Source: Camelus ferus (taxonomy: Eukaryota). From it: a DNA stretch of 64,000 nt. Position 1 is the first letter of the stretch. Each line of letters begins with the position of its first letter. The notes under the pieces are model-generated. The model ran no database searches. It had not been told where the DNA came from and worked only from the letters and a program-made list of their open reading frames with translations. Below are positions 13,396 to 26,125 of the stretch, in pieces. Where the stretch lies: positions 55,430,001-55,494,000 of the forward strand of contig NC_045707.1 in the NCBI RefSeq assembly GCF_009834535.1, in the 5' to 3' direction. The position numbers and the translations under genes are program-made.

Positions 13396-14118
13396 TTTAT
13401 TTGTATTTTTATTTTATTTTTTTAATTGATGTATAGTCAGTTACAGTATGTCAATTTCTGCTGTACAGAGCAATGCCCCAGTCATGCATATACATGCATA
13501 TATTTGTTTTCATATTCTTTTTCATTAAAGGTTATTACAAGATATTAAATATAGTTCCCTGTGCTATACAAAGAAAAATTATTTTTTAAATCTACTTTTA
13601 TGTATAGTGGCTAACATTTGCAAATCTCAAACTCCCAAAGGTACTCCTTCCCACTCCCTTTCCCCTGGAAACCATTAGATTGTTTACTATGTCTGCAAGT
13701 CTGTTTCTGTTTTGCAGATGAGTTCATTAGTGTCCTCTTTTATCCTTTTATTAGATTCCACATATGAGTGATATCACATGGTATTTTTCTTTCTCTTTCT
13801 GGCTTACTTGACTTAGAATGACGATCTCTAGGTCCATCCTTGTTGCTGCAAATGGCATTATTTAATAGTATTCCATTGTGTAAATATACCACAACTTCTT
13901 TATCCAGTCATCTGTCAATGGACATTGAGGTTGTTTCCATGTCTTCGCTATCCTCGCTATGAACACTGGGATGCATGTATCTTTTCAAATTAGTTTCCTC
14001 CAGATATATACACAGGAGTGGGATTGCTGGCTCATATGGTAAGTCTACTTTTAGTTTTTTTGAGGAAACTCCCTACATTTTCCGTAATGACTGCACCAAA
14101 CTACATTCCCACCAGCAG
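13396..14118 (-). mobile_element. Young L1 3' fragment (distal part of a composite insertion)
   Basis: T-rich tail at ~13396-13425, 3'UTR and ORF2 C-terminal sequence similar to 26.7-27.4 kb. Confidence 0.9.
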
Positions 14119-14149
14119 TCATCATCTGTCAAACTAAGAGCACTGGGTA

Positions 14150-17100
14150 TCTTTCTATTCTTTTTCTTTTAATACATTTTTATTGAAGTATGGTCAGTTT
14201 ACAATATTGTATAAGTTTCTGGTGTACAGCACAATGCTTCATTCATATAAGACCATACATATATTCATTTTCATATTCTTTTTAACCATAAGTTACTACA
14301 AGAAATTGAATATAGTTCCCTGTGCCTATATGGTATAAACTTGTTTATCTTTTTTATGTATATTTGCATCTGCAAATCTCAAAGTCCCAATTTATCCCTT
14401 CCCACCCACTTTCTCCTCTGGTAACCATAAGTTCCATTGTATAAATATATCAGAGCTTATTTATCCAGCCATCTGCTGATGGACATTTAGGCTGTTTCCA
14501 TGTCTTGGCTGTTGTAAATAGTACTGCTATGAACATTGGGGTGCATGCATCTTTTTGAATTAAGGTTCCCTCTGGATATATGCCCAGGATTGGGACTGCT
14601 AGATTGTATGTTAAGTTTGTTTTTAGTCTTTTGAGGCATCTCCATACTTTTTTCCATAATGGCTGCACCAAACCACATTCCCACCAACAGTGTAGGAGGG
14701 TTCCTTTTTCTCCACACCCTTTCTAGCATTTATCGTTTGTGGACTTTTAGTGATGTTCATTCTGATTGATGTGAAGTGATAACCTCACTGTAGTTTTGAA
14801 TTGCATTTCTGATAATTAGTGATACTGAGCATGTTTTCATGTGCCTATTGGCTATTTGCATGCCTTCATTAGAAAATCGCTTGTTTAGGTCTTCTGTCCA
14901 GTTCTGGATTGGGTTGTTTGTTTTTTTGTTATTAAGTTGTATGAACTGTTTATATATTCTGGAAATAAAACCTTTATCAGTTGCATCATTTGGAAATATT
15001 TTTTTCCCATTCCGGAGGTTGTCTTTTCGTTTTACTTATGGTTTCCTTTGCTGTGCAAAAGCTTTTAAGTTTGATTAGTTCCCATTTATTTATTTTTGCC
15101 TTTATTTTTATTGCGTGGGCAGACTGCCCTAGGAGAACATAACTAAGATTTATGTCAGAGAATGTTTTGCCTATGTTTTCTACCAGAAGGTTTATCATGT
15201 CTTGTCTCATATTTGTCTTTAAGACATTTTGAGTTTATTTTTGTGTATGGTGTGAGGGAGTTCTCTAACTTCATTGATTTAGATGCTGCTGTCTAGTTTT
15301 CCCAGCACCACTTGCTGAAGAGACTGTCTTTTCTCCATTGTCTATTCTTTCCTTCAAGATTAATTGACTGTAGAGCTGTGGGTTTATTTCTGAGCTTTCT
15401 ATTCTGTTCCATTGATCCATCTGTCTGTTTGCTGTACCAGTACCATGCTGTTTTGATTACTGTAGCTCTGTAGTATTGTCTGAAGTCTGGGAGAGTTATT
15501 TCTCCAGCTTCATTCTTTTTCTTCAGTAATGCTTTGGCAATTCTGGGTCTTTTGTGATTCCATATAAATTTTAGAAATATTTGCTCTAGTTCTGTGAAAA
15601 ATGTCCTGGGTAATTTGATAGGGGTCACATTAAATCTGTAGATTGCTTTGGGTAGTATGGCCATTTTAACAATAGTGATTCTTCCAATCCAAGAACATGG
15701 GCTATCTTTCCATTTCTTTAAGTCATCTTTAATTTCCTTAGTCAGTGTTTTGTAGTTCTCCGTGTATAAGTCTTTCACTTTCTTGGTCAGATTTATTCCT
15801 AAGTATTTTATTGCTTTGGATGCAATTTTAAAAAGGATTGTTTATCTACTCTCTTTTTCTGATATTTCATTGTTAGTGTAAAGAAATGCAACTGATTTCT
15901 AAATGTTAATCTTGTATCCTGATACCTTGCTGGATTCTTTTATCAGCTCTAGTAGTTTTTGTGTGGAGCTTTTAGGGTTTTCTGTATATAGGATCATGCC
16001 ATCTGCGTATAGTTACTATTTTACCTCTTATATTCCAATTTGTATCCTTCTTATTTCTTTCTCTTGCCTGATTGTTGTGGCTCGGACTTCCAAGACTGTG
16101 ATGAATAGAAGTGGTAAAAGCTGGCATCCTTGTCTTGTTCCAGATTTTAGTGGAAAAGCTTTCAGTTTTTCATTGTTGAGTGTTATGCTGGCTGTGAGTT
16201 TGTCATAAATAGCTTTTATTACATTGAGGTATGTTCCCTCTATACCCACTTTGGTAAGGGTTTTTTTTTTAATCATAAATGAGTGTTGAATTTTATCAAA
16301 AGCTTTTCCTGCGTGTGTTGAGATGATCGTGGTGCGCTATTGGGACAGCACTGTGTAGCGAGCACAGGTCTGCTGGAATCACCGCTCCTACACTCGCCCC
16401 CACTGTGCGAACTCCGCTCATTTGTCTTAGAGGCCTGCACTTACGGGCCCCCAGACCTGTAGTGATTGTGTCGTCAAGCTACTGGGTCAGTGCCATCCCC
16501 AGCGCCTCGTCTGCATAGGATGCACAGGTCCACTGAAGACGCTGCACTGGCCCTCACCCCCGCTGTGTGCCGGAACACTGCTCCTTGCTCATTTGACTTA
16601 GAGGTATGGGTCCACAAAGGTACCCAGGGAGCAAATCAGCCCCTTCTGCCTGGGCCTGTAAACAAATCTCAATCTCACCTATGAATTTGTATACCCCCTG
16701 GTATGGATTCAGGTTTCAACCTTACCTCTGTTTGGGAGCCGTCCGCCACTGAATATGGTGGCTATGGGTGAGACTCACCTCTCGTCTCCAGAGAATGATG
16801 CACCAGCGATGATGCCATGGTCCTGTGGAGACAGTGGCTACAGACCAGCTATGTTGCACTCCTCCCCTGCAACATGCAGTTGCAGTGTTTTGTTTTGTTT
16901 TGTTTTTTCCTTAAGGGGAGACCTAGGCTATTCTGTTCAGTGTACACTCCTAGCCACAGCCTACAGTACACTCTTGGCCCCTGAGGCTGCCTCTGTGCAG
17001 TCAGCCCCAGCCCTCCACTCGGCTCAGGGAGCCAGTCCTGGCCCACCCACTGCCAGGTCGCATCTAGGGCTGGGGGTCGCAGGGACACTTTGTGCCTATT

Positions 17101-17445
17101 CCTCTCAGTTCTGTCAGCCAAGTGGCGGCTGTGCACTCCTCCAAGCTTCCCCTCCATTGGACCTCTCCGTTGGAGATGGGGTGTCCCAGTGTAAGAGCAC
17201 TATTCCTCTTTTGCTGCTCCCTCCCAGTGGAAAAGGTCCCACACTAATTTCCTTTTCTTTTTTTTTTTTTTCTCTCTCTCCCTACCAAATTTTGTAAGGA
17301 GTCTTGTCTTTTGAAGTGGGCGCTGTTCTGTCACAGTTCAGCAGGTGTTCTGAGTGAATGGGTGGGTCCGTGGAGGTCTCTCTTGATGTATTTGTGGGAG
17401 AGGGTGAGCTAAGAGCATCCTTCTACTCCACCATCTTGGCACCCC
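14150..17445 (-). mobile_element. Internally deleted young L1: 5'UTR (17445-~16330) joined directly to ORF2 RT/C-terminus and 3'UTR
   Basis: 5' terminus GGGGTGCCAAGATGGTGGAG on minus. ORF2 peptides [12 protein letters not shown]... and [16 protein letters not shown]1 and the endonuclease domain are absent. Confidence 0.9.
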
Positions 17446-17939
17446 TAGCAGTATCTTATATTTAGAGGATTTTTTTCTTGTTAGTTTACTGAGTGTTTTA
17501 TCTAACATATTCCTCACACGCATGGCACTTTTTGCTCATGGAGTCTATATTGTTTTGTGTTAATTTTCTCCTTACTCATCATCAGTCAAGACTTGGTGTT
17601 TGCCAAAGGAAAGAATGATAACGTTTTTTTCTTGATCTCAGCCTTAATTTGTATGGTGGTCTTTTTACATATCTACAATTGAACTACCTACTGGTCCATC
17701 CTGCCCTTTAGCAATTGACAGTTCAAACCAAGAAGTTTGTCTGTTTTTTGTTTTTGTTCTTATTTTTTAATTTGAAGACTCTGCCTGTATGCAGCAGTCA
17801 TTGCCATGAGCCCTGAAAATAACAGTGTAAAGGGTACATCATCCTCTCCAAACAGTTATTGAGGGGTAGAAAGAAATACTTTGTGTCCCTAAGTCAGAAA
17901 TTGATTCCCAACCTTGTGCGTTATGTCCAGGTAGTTTCT

Positions 17940-18350
17940 GTGCATTAATCTGCTTTTGCTGTGAAACAAAACCTCAGGATCTCAGCGACTTACAATAACA
18001 TTTATCTCACTTACTCCTTCCTCTGTTGGTCAGCTGGGTGGCTCTGCCCCATGTGTCTCCCACTATCCTTGAGGAAGTGTCTTCCTCATGGGGACTGGTA
18101 GGAGTACAAGAGAAACATGTAGAAACAATATACTTCTTAAGATGTTGGTTTGGAAGTGGCAAACTGTCACATCTGTCTACATTTCACAGGCCAAGGCATG
18201 TTACATAGCCAAGTTCAAAATAAACAGGGCAGGAAAAAAATACTTCGGCCATTCTAGCGTGAGCTACCCACTGCAACATCAAATAGGAAAACGTATCAAT
18301 CGTATCATAGAGAGGGAGTGTAGAGCTGGGAATGCAGTGGCAACACCTAC
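17940..18350 (-). mobile_element. MLT1-family LTR, old
   Basis: ggatctcagcgacttacaataacatttatctcac...ggccaaggcatgttacatagccaag. Confidence 0.55.
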
Positions 18351-18754
18351 TGCACTCTGCTTCATGAAACAGACCCGAAGTTTATCTTGTGTTAAAGCAG
18401 AAACAGATTTTATTGTTCATAAATTCAGCCTGCTTTATAATGTCTGTCAGTTACTTCCAGAGTCTCTCATTAAATTACCTGTCAATCTGAGCTTTTTTCC
18501 TGCAAGTTTTTATCTTATTCTGTGTCCAATGGTATGTTAGTGAGAAAATGAATGAGATCTTATTGGAGCTTGGTAGAAAGTCATGAGATTGAACTGCATG
18601 CTCTTCTGTTTTTTAAAACGAGTTGAACTGGACCTCTGTTTATGAAGGATATGAAAACAGTTTTCAAGTTATATGTGGTGAGATGTAACTTCTCCTTATT
18701 GATAGCACAAAGCAACTTTGTAAACTGGGATAAGCCTAGATCCTCTCTCAGCTA

Positions 18755-18790
18755 GTCTTACCTGTAAAGAAAAGAAAAATTAGAGTTATT
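18755..18790 (-). promoter_or_regulatory. Strong 3' splice site directly followed by a 5' splice site (recursive-splice-like CAG|GTAAG)
   Basis: Minus strand reads ctctaatttttcttttctttacag|gtaagac; AG at 18763-18762, GT at 18761-18760, CTAAT branch-point-like motif upstream. Confidence 0.5.
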
Positions 18791-19009
18791 GAAATCAAGC
18801 TTTGTGTAATGGCATAGTCTTCAGTAGTGTAGTATACAAAATATTTTTCTATTTTCCAATCACTTGTTTTAATCATGCACTATCAAACAAATGAACAAAC
18901 GACACTTTCTTGTCTCTAAATTATATCTTTGAAAAATCTCATTTTCCAGATACTTTAGAATTTTAATTTTAGTGCATTTTAATAACTACTTTTATTTCTG
19001 ATTTATCTC

Positions 19010-20290
19010 CTCTGACTGGGAAGGAGCTAGAGGGAACTCTCTGGGGTATGGAAGTATTCTATGTCTTGACAGAGATGTGGGTTACAGAGGTGTATGCATT
19101 TGTCAAAAATCAAAAAATGTACATTTAAAATTTGAACATTTCACTAGTATAAATTTTACCATAAAATACTACAAATAATTTTTGGTTAATTAGTAAGTTT
19201 GTTTTTCACAATAGCATGGGTTACTGATTCTCAGACTACTTTTTGTGTATTACATAGGTTTGAGCAACTAAGTAGATGCATTAAAAACAAGAGGATCCAG
19301 GGAGGACAGTGTTGAAGAATTCCTCAGCTTTGTCCACCAAGAGGGTAAAGCAATGACATACCAGAAGCAATGAGCACATTCCGAAGCCAGATCTTGGTTT
19401 CTAACAGCCATTTTCCAATAAAGAGAAACGGGGCTCTTGGGGGAAAAAAGACTAAATCTAAGTATAGAAAAAGTGAATCTTCCTCAGAACATCTTGTTAG
19501 GCCACAAATGAAGAAAGCATTCAAATAATGCTGGAAACACAGAAAAGTATATAAATGCCAGCTTGAAGGCACTCAAACTGTTCAATTTAGGATATTTTAA
19601 ACACCAAAAGTAAGTAAGAATAACAATAAGGAATTAAGATCCATTGAATAGAGCAGGGATCCATGAAGGCAAGCAGATAGGAAGGAGGGAAGGGTTGTTC
19701 CTTGCAGTAGACTATCAACAAATATTAACAGAAGTGATGTAATTAGAAAATAATCAGTGAATGTTAAAATCAAACTTAGGTTCTCAATCATAAGAACACA
19801 GTTTCAAAGTATCTCTCCAGAAAGTATTTAATAATTATGAAGGGAAATATAGTGACTTCATAGTAGATAAACTTTGCAGATAACATTTAACCACATGATC
19901 AAATTAATATCGCATGCCTTTTGCATGGCGCCTTCTGTGACAGTCCTGCCAAAAGTGTAATAGCTGACACCAATCCTAAACAGGGGACAAATCCATACTG
20001 AGATATTCCACAAGCTACTGATCTATATTATATATACCCATATAAAAATAAAATATATATATAAGAGAGAGAAGAGAGATGTGTCTTTATCATATATGTA
20101 AGAAAATATTAAAGAGAAATATTTTGTTGATACAGTTGATGAAAAATTTTAATACAGACTGTGAATTAGATAATGTAAAATGTTAAATGTCCTGATTTTG
20201 ATAATTACACAATCATTATGTAAGGGGGGTTTCTACTCTTAAGGCATACAGACTGAAGGATTTAGTGGTAAAAGAATGTTTCCAATTTAC
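19010..20290 (+). mobile_element. Old L1MC/ME 3'UTR fragments
   Basis: tgtgggttacagaggtgtatgcatttgtcaaaa; gacataccagaagcaatgagcacattccgaagccagatcttggtttctaa; aaatgtcctgattttgataatt. Confidence 0.65.
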
Positions 20291-20861
20291 ATGTATACAA
20301 ATACACACACTTTATTTTGTTCTTCGTCTTAGGCAAGACCCATGGCTTAAGGAATTTGAAGTAAGAGCAGGAATATGATCTATACTTTCGTTCCTCCTTT
20401 TCTCTGCAACTGGCAAGGAATGGTCAGAATCGGGGGTGGGTAGTGTTTGGTTAATGGTTGAGTGGGGCAGGGCTCCCTGGACAACCTCTAAACAAATCCT
20501 GAAGAGTAGTTATGTCTCCAGTTGTTTGCTGCTCTCTTTAGAAGGTTGCTGTTTTCAGCTGGGGCCCTATCTGTTTATTAAGAAGGAACAAGAAATATCC
20601 TGTTATTCTGTGATATCAGCTTATGTCTCTAACATTCACAGTCTAGATGAAGTAATTACATCCCCACACAGTGTGGGTAAAGTACAGAATCTTTACAAGC
20701 TTGAACTCACTATATACCCTGACTATAATCTAAACATCATTCCACATTCCTGTATGTGGATGATCAAACTGTTATCCTTGGAACTCGAAATGTTTCATGA
20801 CATCTAAGTTATTACAAGTATAAAACCAGTAAATCACATTAAAATTATTTAACTCTCCCTC

Positions 20862-20888
<27 letters not shown>
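20862..20888. repeat. (TG)n microsatellite
   Basis: Directly visible TG run. Confidence 0.95.
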
Positions 20889-20895
<7 letters not shown>

Positions 20896-21019
20896 CTTTA
20901 TTCTCTCTCTCCATCATATACTAGGCTTTATTTTTTAAATATACAACCCAGGTCTGAGAACTCTGAGTCAATTAACTTTGCTACTAGAAATCTTTATTCA
21001 GAAGGGTAGAAAGCAAAGT

Positions 21020-22000
21020 TTGTGCTGCTCCATAGACCAGCTGTTAAATTTCCCAGATACCCTCATGGTCCTTGGAGAGCCACTAGCAAAAAGTTTTACC
21101 AAGTAAGAAGACAGCTAAAGAAGTCACTGAAGCGTGGTGTCAGAGAGCTGTAGATAAACAAAGAAAACAAAGATTTATCAAGTAACTATGGAAAGAGAAT
21201 ACATGGGTGTGAAGAATGAAATTGCCTCCGGAGGTTTCACTGCAAATATATTGCCAACCGTTCTTCTGGAGAGGAAGTACAAAATTGCCTGATGACATTA
21301 AAATGAATGCAGACTGAAAGCAGCAAACATGTAGGAGACCAAAATGACCCCAAAATAAAACTTCACCCCCTACATAATATTTATATTTACAGAACTGCGA
21401 ACCAGCAATCCACTTGCCAACTGTGTCTTCCTTTTGTAACCAGATGATGTATGTCATATAGATGTCAAATTGCACCCAGAATAAGGATATGTGACTTTAC
21501 AATCAGACACTTAATATTTGGAGCAGAAGAGGTTATGTTTGTCTTATGTACAAAGAAATCTAAAGCAACGTTTCTCAGTAACAGTCAGGCTATGATTCAG
21601 TGTATAACATACAATGGCTGCTATGAAGAGAAATATACTAAACAAATAACCGTTCAACCAAGCAAAGTAATTGCTTTGGACTCAATCATTCAGAATTCCA
21701 AGATCATAGACAAATAACTTTTTGTGTCTCAGTATACTTACTTGTAAAGTAAGACAATGACAATTTTTTTGGTTATTTCTAACAATTGTCAAATTCTGAT
21801 TCCAAATACTTCTAGAAAAATATCTTTTAGAGCCTCTTACTTTAGAGAGAAAATTAGTTTTAAATTCTGTATAATTGTGGACCAAATAGAGCTTTCTTTT
21901 CTAAGCCTACTGCAACAAAGAAACTGATTTGTTCAAAACTAACAATTAAATGCAAAGTCCTCAAGTAAGGCAGGAACCTTGAAAGATGATGCTTGGCATT
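21020..22000. mobile_element. Probable decayed hAT (Blackjack/MER63-related) internal sequence
   Basis: ccagctgttaaatttccca resembles MER63 sub-terminal sequence, and a MER63 end lies at ~23.7 kb. No intact ORF; the assignment is tentative. Confidence 0.3.
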
Positions 22001-22229
22001 CTCACAACCTTCCCTTTCCTCATTGTTTCTAGAATAACTAGGGCCAGGTCTCAGCATGGCCTCACTAAGGTAATACCGTGCCTAGGGAAGGGGGTGCATA
22101 ATGTTTGTTTGCTTGTTTTTAACTTGCTCAGTCTGTTGAGAAGGTCTATAAACAATTATATACTAATAACGATGAGAACACCTAGAAGTCAAATGTTTTT
22201 TTCTAAATACAATTCCTTATAGAAAAACA

Positions 22230-23350
22230 CTGATTTTTAGGAGTGAGGAAGGGAAGGCCCACATGAGACTAGAGCATTTTGTTATGCTAGAAAATAAAAT
22301 GTTCTAAGAATGATGGAACAGGTCAAAAGACACAAGGATTATGTTGAGGGGCTCACACTGGTCACCTTAGGTACATCCAATAAATAATGATCACAGTAGA
22401 TTTTAACTCATTGAAGAAACAATGGTCGGTAAGTCCATACTGATTTATATGCATGCATGGGTGTGTTTTTTATTGAAGTTCAGTGTCAAATAAAAAGTAT
22501 AGAAAAAGCTGATGCTGTGAGAAAATCATCAGTGGGTATTTAAATAAGAGTAAAAGTTAAATGAAGAACAGGATAGTGGCATAAAATAAAAGTATCTCCC
22601 ACACATTACTTAAGAACAAAGGGAAGAAAATGGAATTTTTATAGTGGAGAAACTGCCACAGGCAAACACCACATTAATCACATGATCAAATTGACCATTA
22701 CCAATACTGGGGCAAAATGGTATCATGCATTTCCTGATAAAATGTCATGAGAAAGATTCCACCTCTCTTCTATCATATCCCTGCCCAAAACACATCTTCT
22801 AAGCCTAATCATGAGGAAACAGAAAAATCCAAACTGAAGGATATTCTACAAAATAATTGCCCTCCACTTTTCACAAAAGTCAAATTCAAAAAGACAAAGC
22901 CTGTGAAACTTTTTCAGATTAATGGAGACCAAGGAGAAAGGATACCTAAATGCAGTGTGTGTTCTTGAACTAGATCCTGGACTGGGAAATGGAACAGCTA
23001 TGAAAAACACGATTAACCACATTATGGAGGTGAAATCTGAATGTGGTCTCTGGATTAAATAGCAAAATTATATTACTGTCCATTTTTATTTTGGTAGTTG
23101 TGCTATGGTTACTAAGAGAATGTCCTTGTTCCTAAGAAATAAACACTTAACATACCCTCTTTAACATATTTTATCTGCAGCTTACTCTCAAATAATTCAG
23201 AAGAAATATTCCCAGAGAGACAATAAAAATGCAGTTAGAACAAAATATAAATAATTGCTGAATCTGAGTAAGGGGTAAACAAGAGAGCCTTGTATTATCC
23301 TTGCAACTTTTTCTGAATTTTTGAAAGTATGTTGAAATTAAAAAAATAAA
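22230..23350 (+). mobile_element. L1MC4/5-like 3'UTR
   Basis: tagtggagaaactg...caccacattaatcacatgatcaaa; ccaaactgaaggatattctacaaaataa; gagaatgtccttgttcctaagaaat. Confidence 0.7.
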
Positions 23351-23674
23351 AATCAGGAATGTGGAAGCAGAGGGAGAATTTAGTTCACTACAGTGGAAAT
23401 TAATGACACCCTCCCCTTGTCTTTACAGTTGTCTCAGTTCTCAATCTCAGAGCCAATCAATTACAGGGGTAGCTGGGTTCTCATGAGGAAGAACCCTACA
23501 ACACCCTGCAAGTCTGTGCAGCGCTCCTTCACATTTCCCCAGAGTAACCGTCTCTATGGAAAGGAGAACAATCGGTTCATTCAGTGGTTACTGCTTACAA
23601 GAGTCTATAAGCTGACAGCAATTGTATATGTGTGTGCATAAATATATATAAATTTTTTAAAGGAAGAGAATGGG

Positions 23675-23815
23675 TAGTGGTGTACTGGTAGGCCAGCTCT
23701 CTGGGGGAAAAAATCCTGATTTATAGTGTTTGCTGATTTCTGTGGTGTAAATTCACCCAACACAGTCAATTTCAAGTTCTCAACAGTTTAACAACTGGTT
23801 CATAAATTCTTTTAA
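23675..23815. mobile_element. MER63-like hAT-Blackjack MITE
   Basis: agtggtgtactggta...cctgatttatagtgtttgctgatttctgtggtgtaaat...atttcaag. Confidence 0.75.
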
Positions 23816-23819
23816 AATT

Positions 23820-25130
23820 TTTCTAATTTTTCATTTTCATTGAGATATTGACATAAACCATTATCTCAGTTTCAGGTGTCCAACATGATGAATCAGTATT
23901 TGTATATATTGCAAAATGATCCCCACGATAACTCTAGTTAACATCTGACCCCATACATGGTTACAATTTTTTGTGTGTGAAGAGGTCTTAGCAACTTTCA
24001 TATATACAATACAGTATTATTAACTACAGTTGACCCCTGAACAACACAGGTTTGAACTGTGCACGTCCACTTATCCATAGGGTTTTTTCAACAGTAAATA
24101 CCACAATACTGCACCATCCATGGTTGGCTGAATTCAAGGATGGGGAGCTGTGAATACAGGGAGCCACCAACATGAAGAGCTAGGTTACGTGTGGATTTTC
24201 ATCTTCGTGGAGCTTCAGCACTCCTAACCGCATGTTGTTCAAGGATCATTTGTATAGTCACCATGCTATAACATAAAGATATATTTAAATATAAGTGGAA
24301 GTTTGTACCATTTGATTCCCTTTACCCATTTTGCCCAACCCCATGTCTCCAACTCTCTATATATGAGCTTTTTAAAAAATTCCTTATGTACATGAAATCA
24401 AATGGTATTTTTCTTTGACTTCACTTAGCATCACACTCTCAAGGTCTATCCATGTTGTCACAAATGGCAGGATAGCCTCTTTTATGTGACTGAATAGTAT
24501 TCCATTATATATATACATTCCACATCTTTAATAATTCATCCATTGACGGACACTTAGATTATTTTTGTATCTTGGCTATTGAAAATAATGCTGCAATGAG
24601 TGGGGGTGGATACATCATTTTTAGTTTTTTGTTGTTGTTGTTTTGTTTTTTCAATTTTCTTTGGATAAATATCCAGAAGTGTAATTGCTGGGTTACTTGG
24701 TAGTTCTAGTTTTATCTTTTTTTGAAGAACTTCCATACTGTTTTCCACAGGGTCTGTACCAATTTAAATTCCCACCAACAGTGCACAAAGGTCCCCTTTT
24801 CTCCATATCATCACCACTACCTTTTATTTCTTGTCTTTTTGGTAACAGCCATCCTAACAAGTGTGAGGTAATATCTTCAGGTGGTTGTGATTTGAATTTT
24901 TCTGAGGATTAGTGATGCTGAGCATCTTTTTACATAACTGTTGGCCATCTGTATTTCTTCTTTGAAAAAATTATTCAAATTTTCTGCTTATTTTTTAATC
25001 AGAATGTTACTGTTGCTCTTGAGTTGTCTTGAGTTCTTCGGATGTTAACTCCTTATCAGATCTATGATTTGTGAATATTTTCTCCCAGTCAGTACGTTGC
25101 CTTTTCATTTGGCTGACAATTTCCTTTAGT
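23820..25130 (-). mobile_element. L1MA9-like 3' end, 5'-truncated
   Basis: ORF2 C-terminal remnants (MENSMEVLQKKIKLELP..PAITLLDIYP) and 3'UTR motifs. Confidence 0.85.
24027..24252. mobile_element. Tigger2a-like MITE nested in L1
   Basis: TIRs cagttgacccctgaacaaca / tgttgttcaaggatcatttg, flanked by TA at 24025-26 and 24253-54. Confidence 0.85.
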
Positions 25131-25134
25131 GATA

Positions 25135-26125
25135 TCATACTCCAGGTGTAGTGGAAGAGATTAGTGATGCTTTACACAGTGATAAAACTAAAGTATGCAT
25201 GGGTGCTTGTCCCTATCACAATCCTTTTAATTTACTAGTGTAAACCCTGCAAAAGCCAGGGACAATGGTGGCAAAGGTGAATGTGTTAGATATTGACTGC
25301 TGCAAGACAAATCACTACAGAACATAGTGAATGAAAACAATACACATTTATTGTCCAAGGGTTCTGTAAGTGAGAAGTCTGAGCACAGTTTAGGTCTTCT
25401 GCCTTAGGGTCTCAAGAGACTATAAGCCACAGTAGGCTAGAGCTGCGGTTTCGTCAGAGGGTCAACTATGGAAACACCTGCTTCAGAGCTCCTTCAGTTT
25501 GTTGGCAATATTCCAGTGTTTGCAGGGCTGAGTTTCATGTTCCTACTGGAGATTGCTCTTGTACAAAGAGGCTACCCACTGTTCTTTGACACATGGGGTT
25601 TCTAGCATGGCTCTTGCTTCATGGCAGCTTGCTTCTTTAAGCCAACAAGGGGCATTTCTACCACACTGGCTTTAAGATGGAGTTTGCATATATCATAATT
25701 ACAGTAGTGATATCCTGATACCTTTGCCATATTCCACTGATTAGAAGCAAGTAAAGGGAACAGAAGGGATAAAATTGGGAGTCTGAGATTTGCAGATACT
25801 ATTATATATAAAATAGATAAATTTATATTGTATAGCACGGGGAACTATATTCAATATCTTGTAACCTATAATGAAAAAGAATATGAAAACAAACATATGT
25901 ATGTATATGTATGACTGAACTATTATGCTGTACACCAGAAATTGACACAACATTGTAAACTGACTATATTTCAAATTAAAAAAATATTTTAAAAAAGATC
26001 ATGTAGAGCAGTAGGCAGGAGTCATTGGGAGTTAGTTTAGTGTCTGTTCACTAGAGTGCACTTCTGTAAACTTTCTTAATCATAGCTGCTGTCTTACTAG
26101 ATGTAGTATATTGATCTGAACAGAG
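25135..26125. mobile_element. Nested set: ERVL pol-like remnant (~25135-25280 and ~26055-26125), MLT1E/F-like LTR (~25285-26055), young L1 3' tail (~25755-25996, plus)
   Basis: The outer segments resemble decayed ERVL RT (ccctatcacaatccttttaat...ccctgcaaaagcca; atagctgctgtc...agatgtagtat). MLT1 motif gccatattccactgattagaagcaagt. L1 tail ...aaactgactatatttcaaattaaaaaa. Confidence 0.6.

Noticed and set aside
16755..17297. 180-aa GC-rich ORF and apparent CpG island
   Set aside because: It lies antisense within an L1 5'UTR. No recognisable domain, and no evidence that it is an ORF0-like product.
18088..18540. 150-aa ORF
   Set aside because: Mostly overlaps an MLT1 LTR relic, has no recognisable domain and is probably a chance frame.
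21140..21717. Overlapping ORFs as a domesticated transposase
   Set aside because: Short, stop-riddled frames with no recognisable hAT catalytic or dimerisation motifs.
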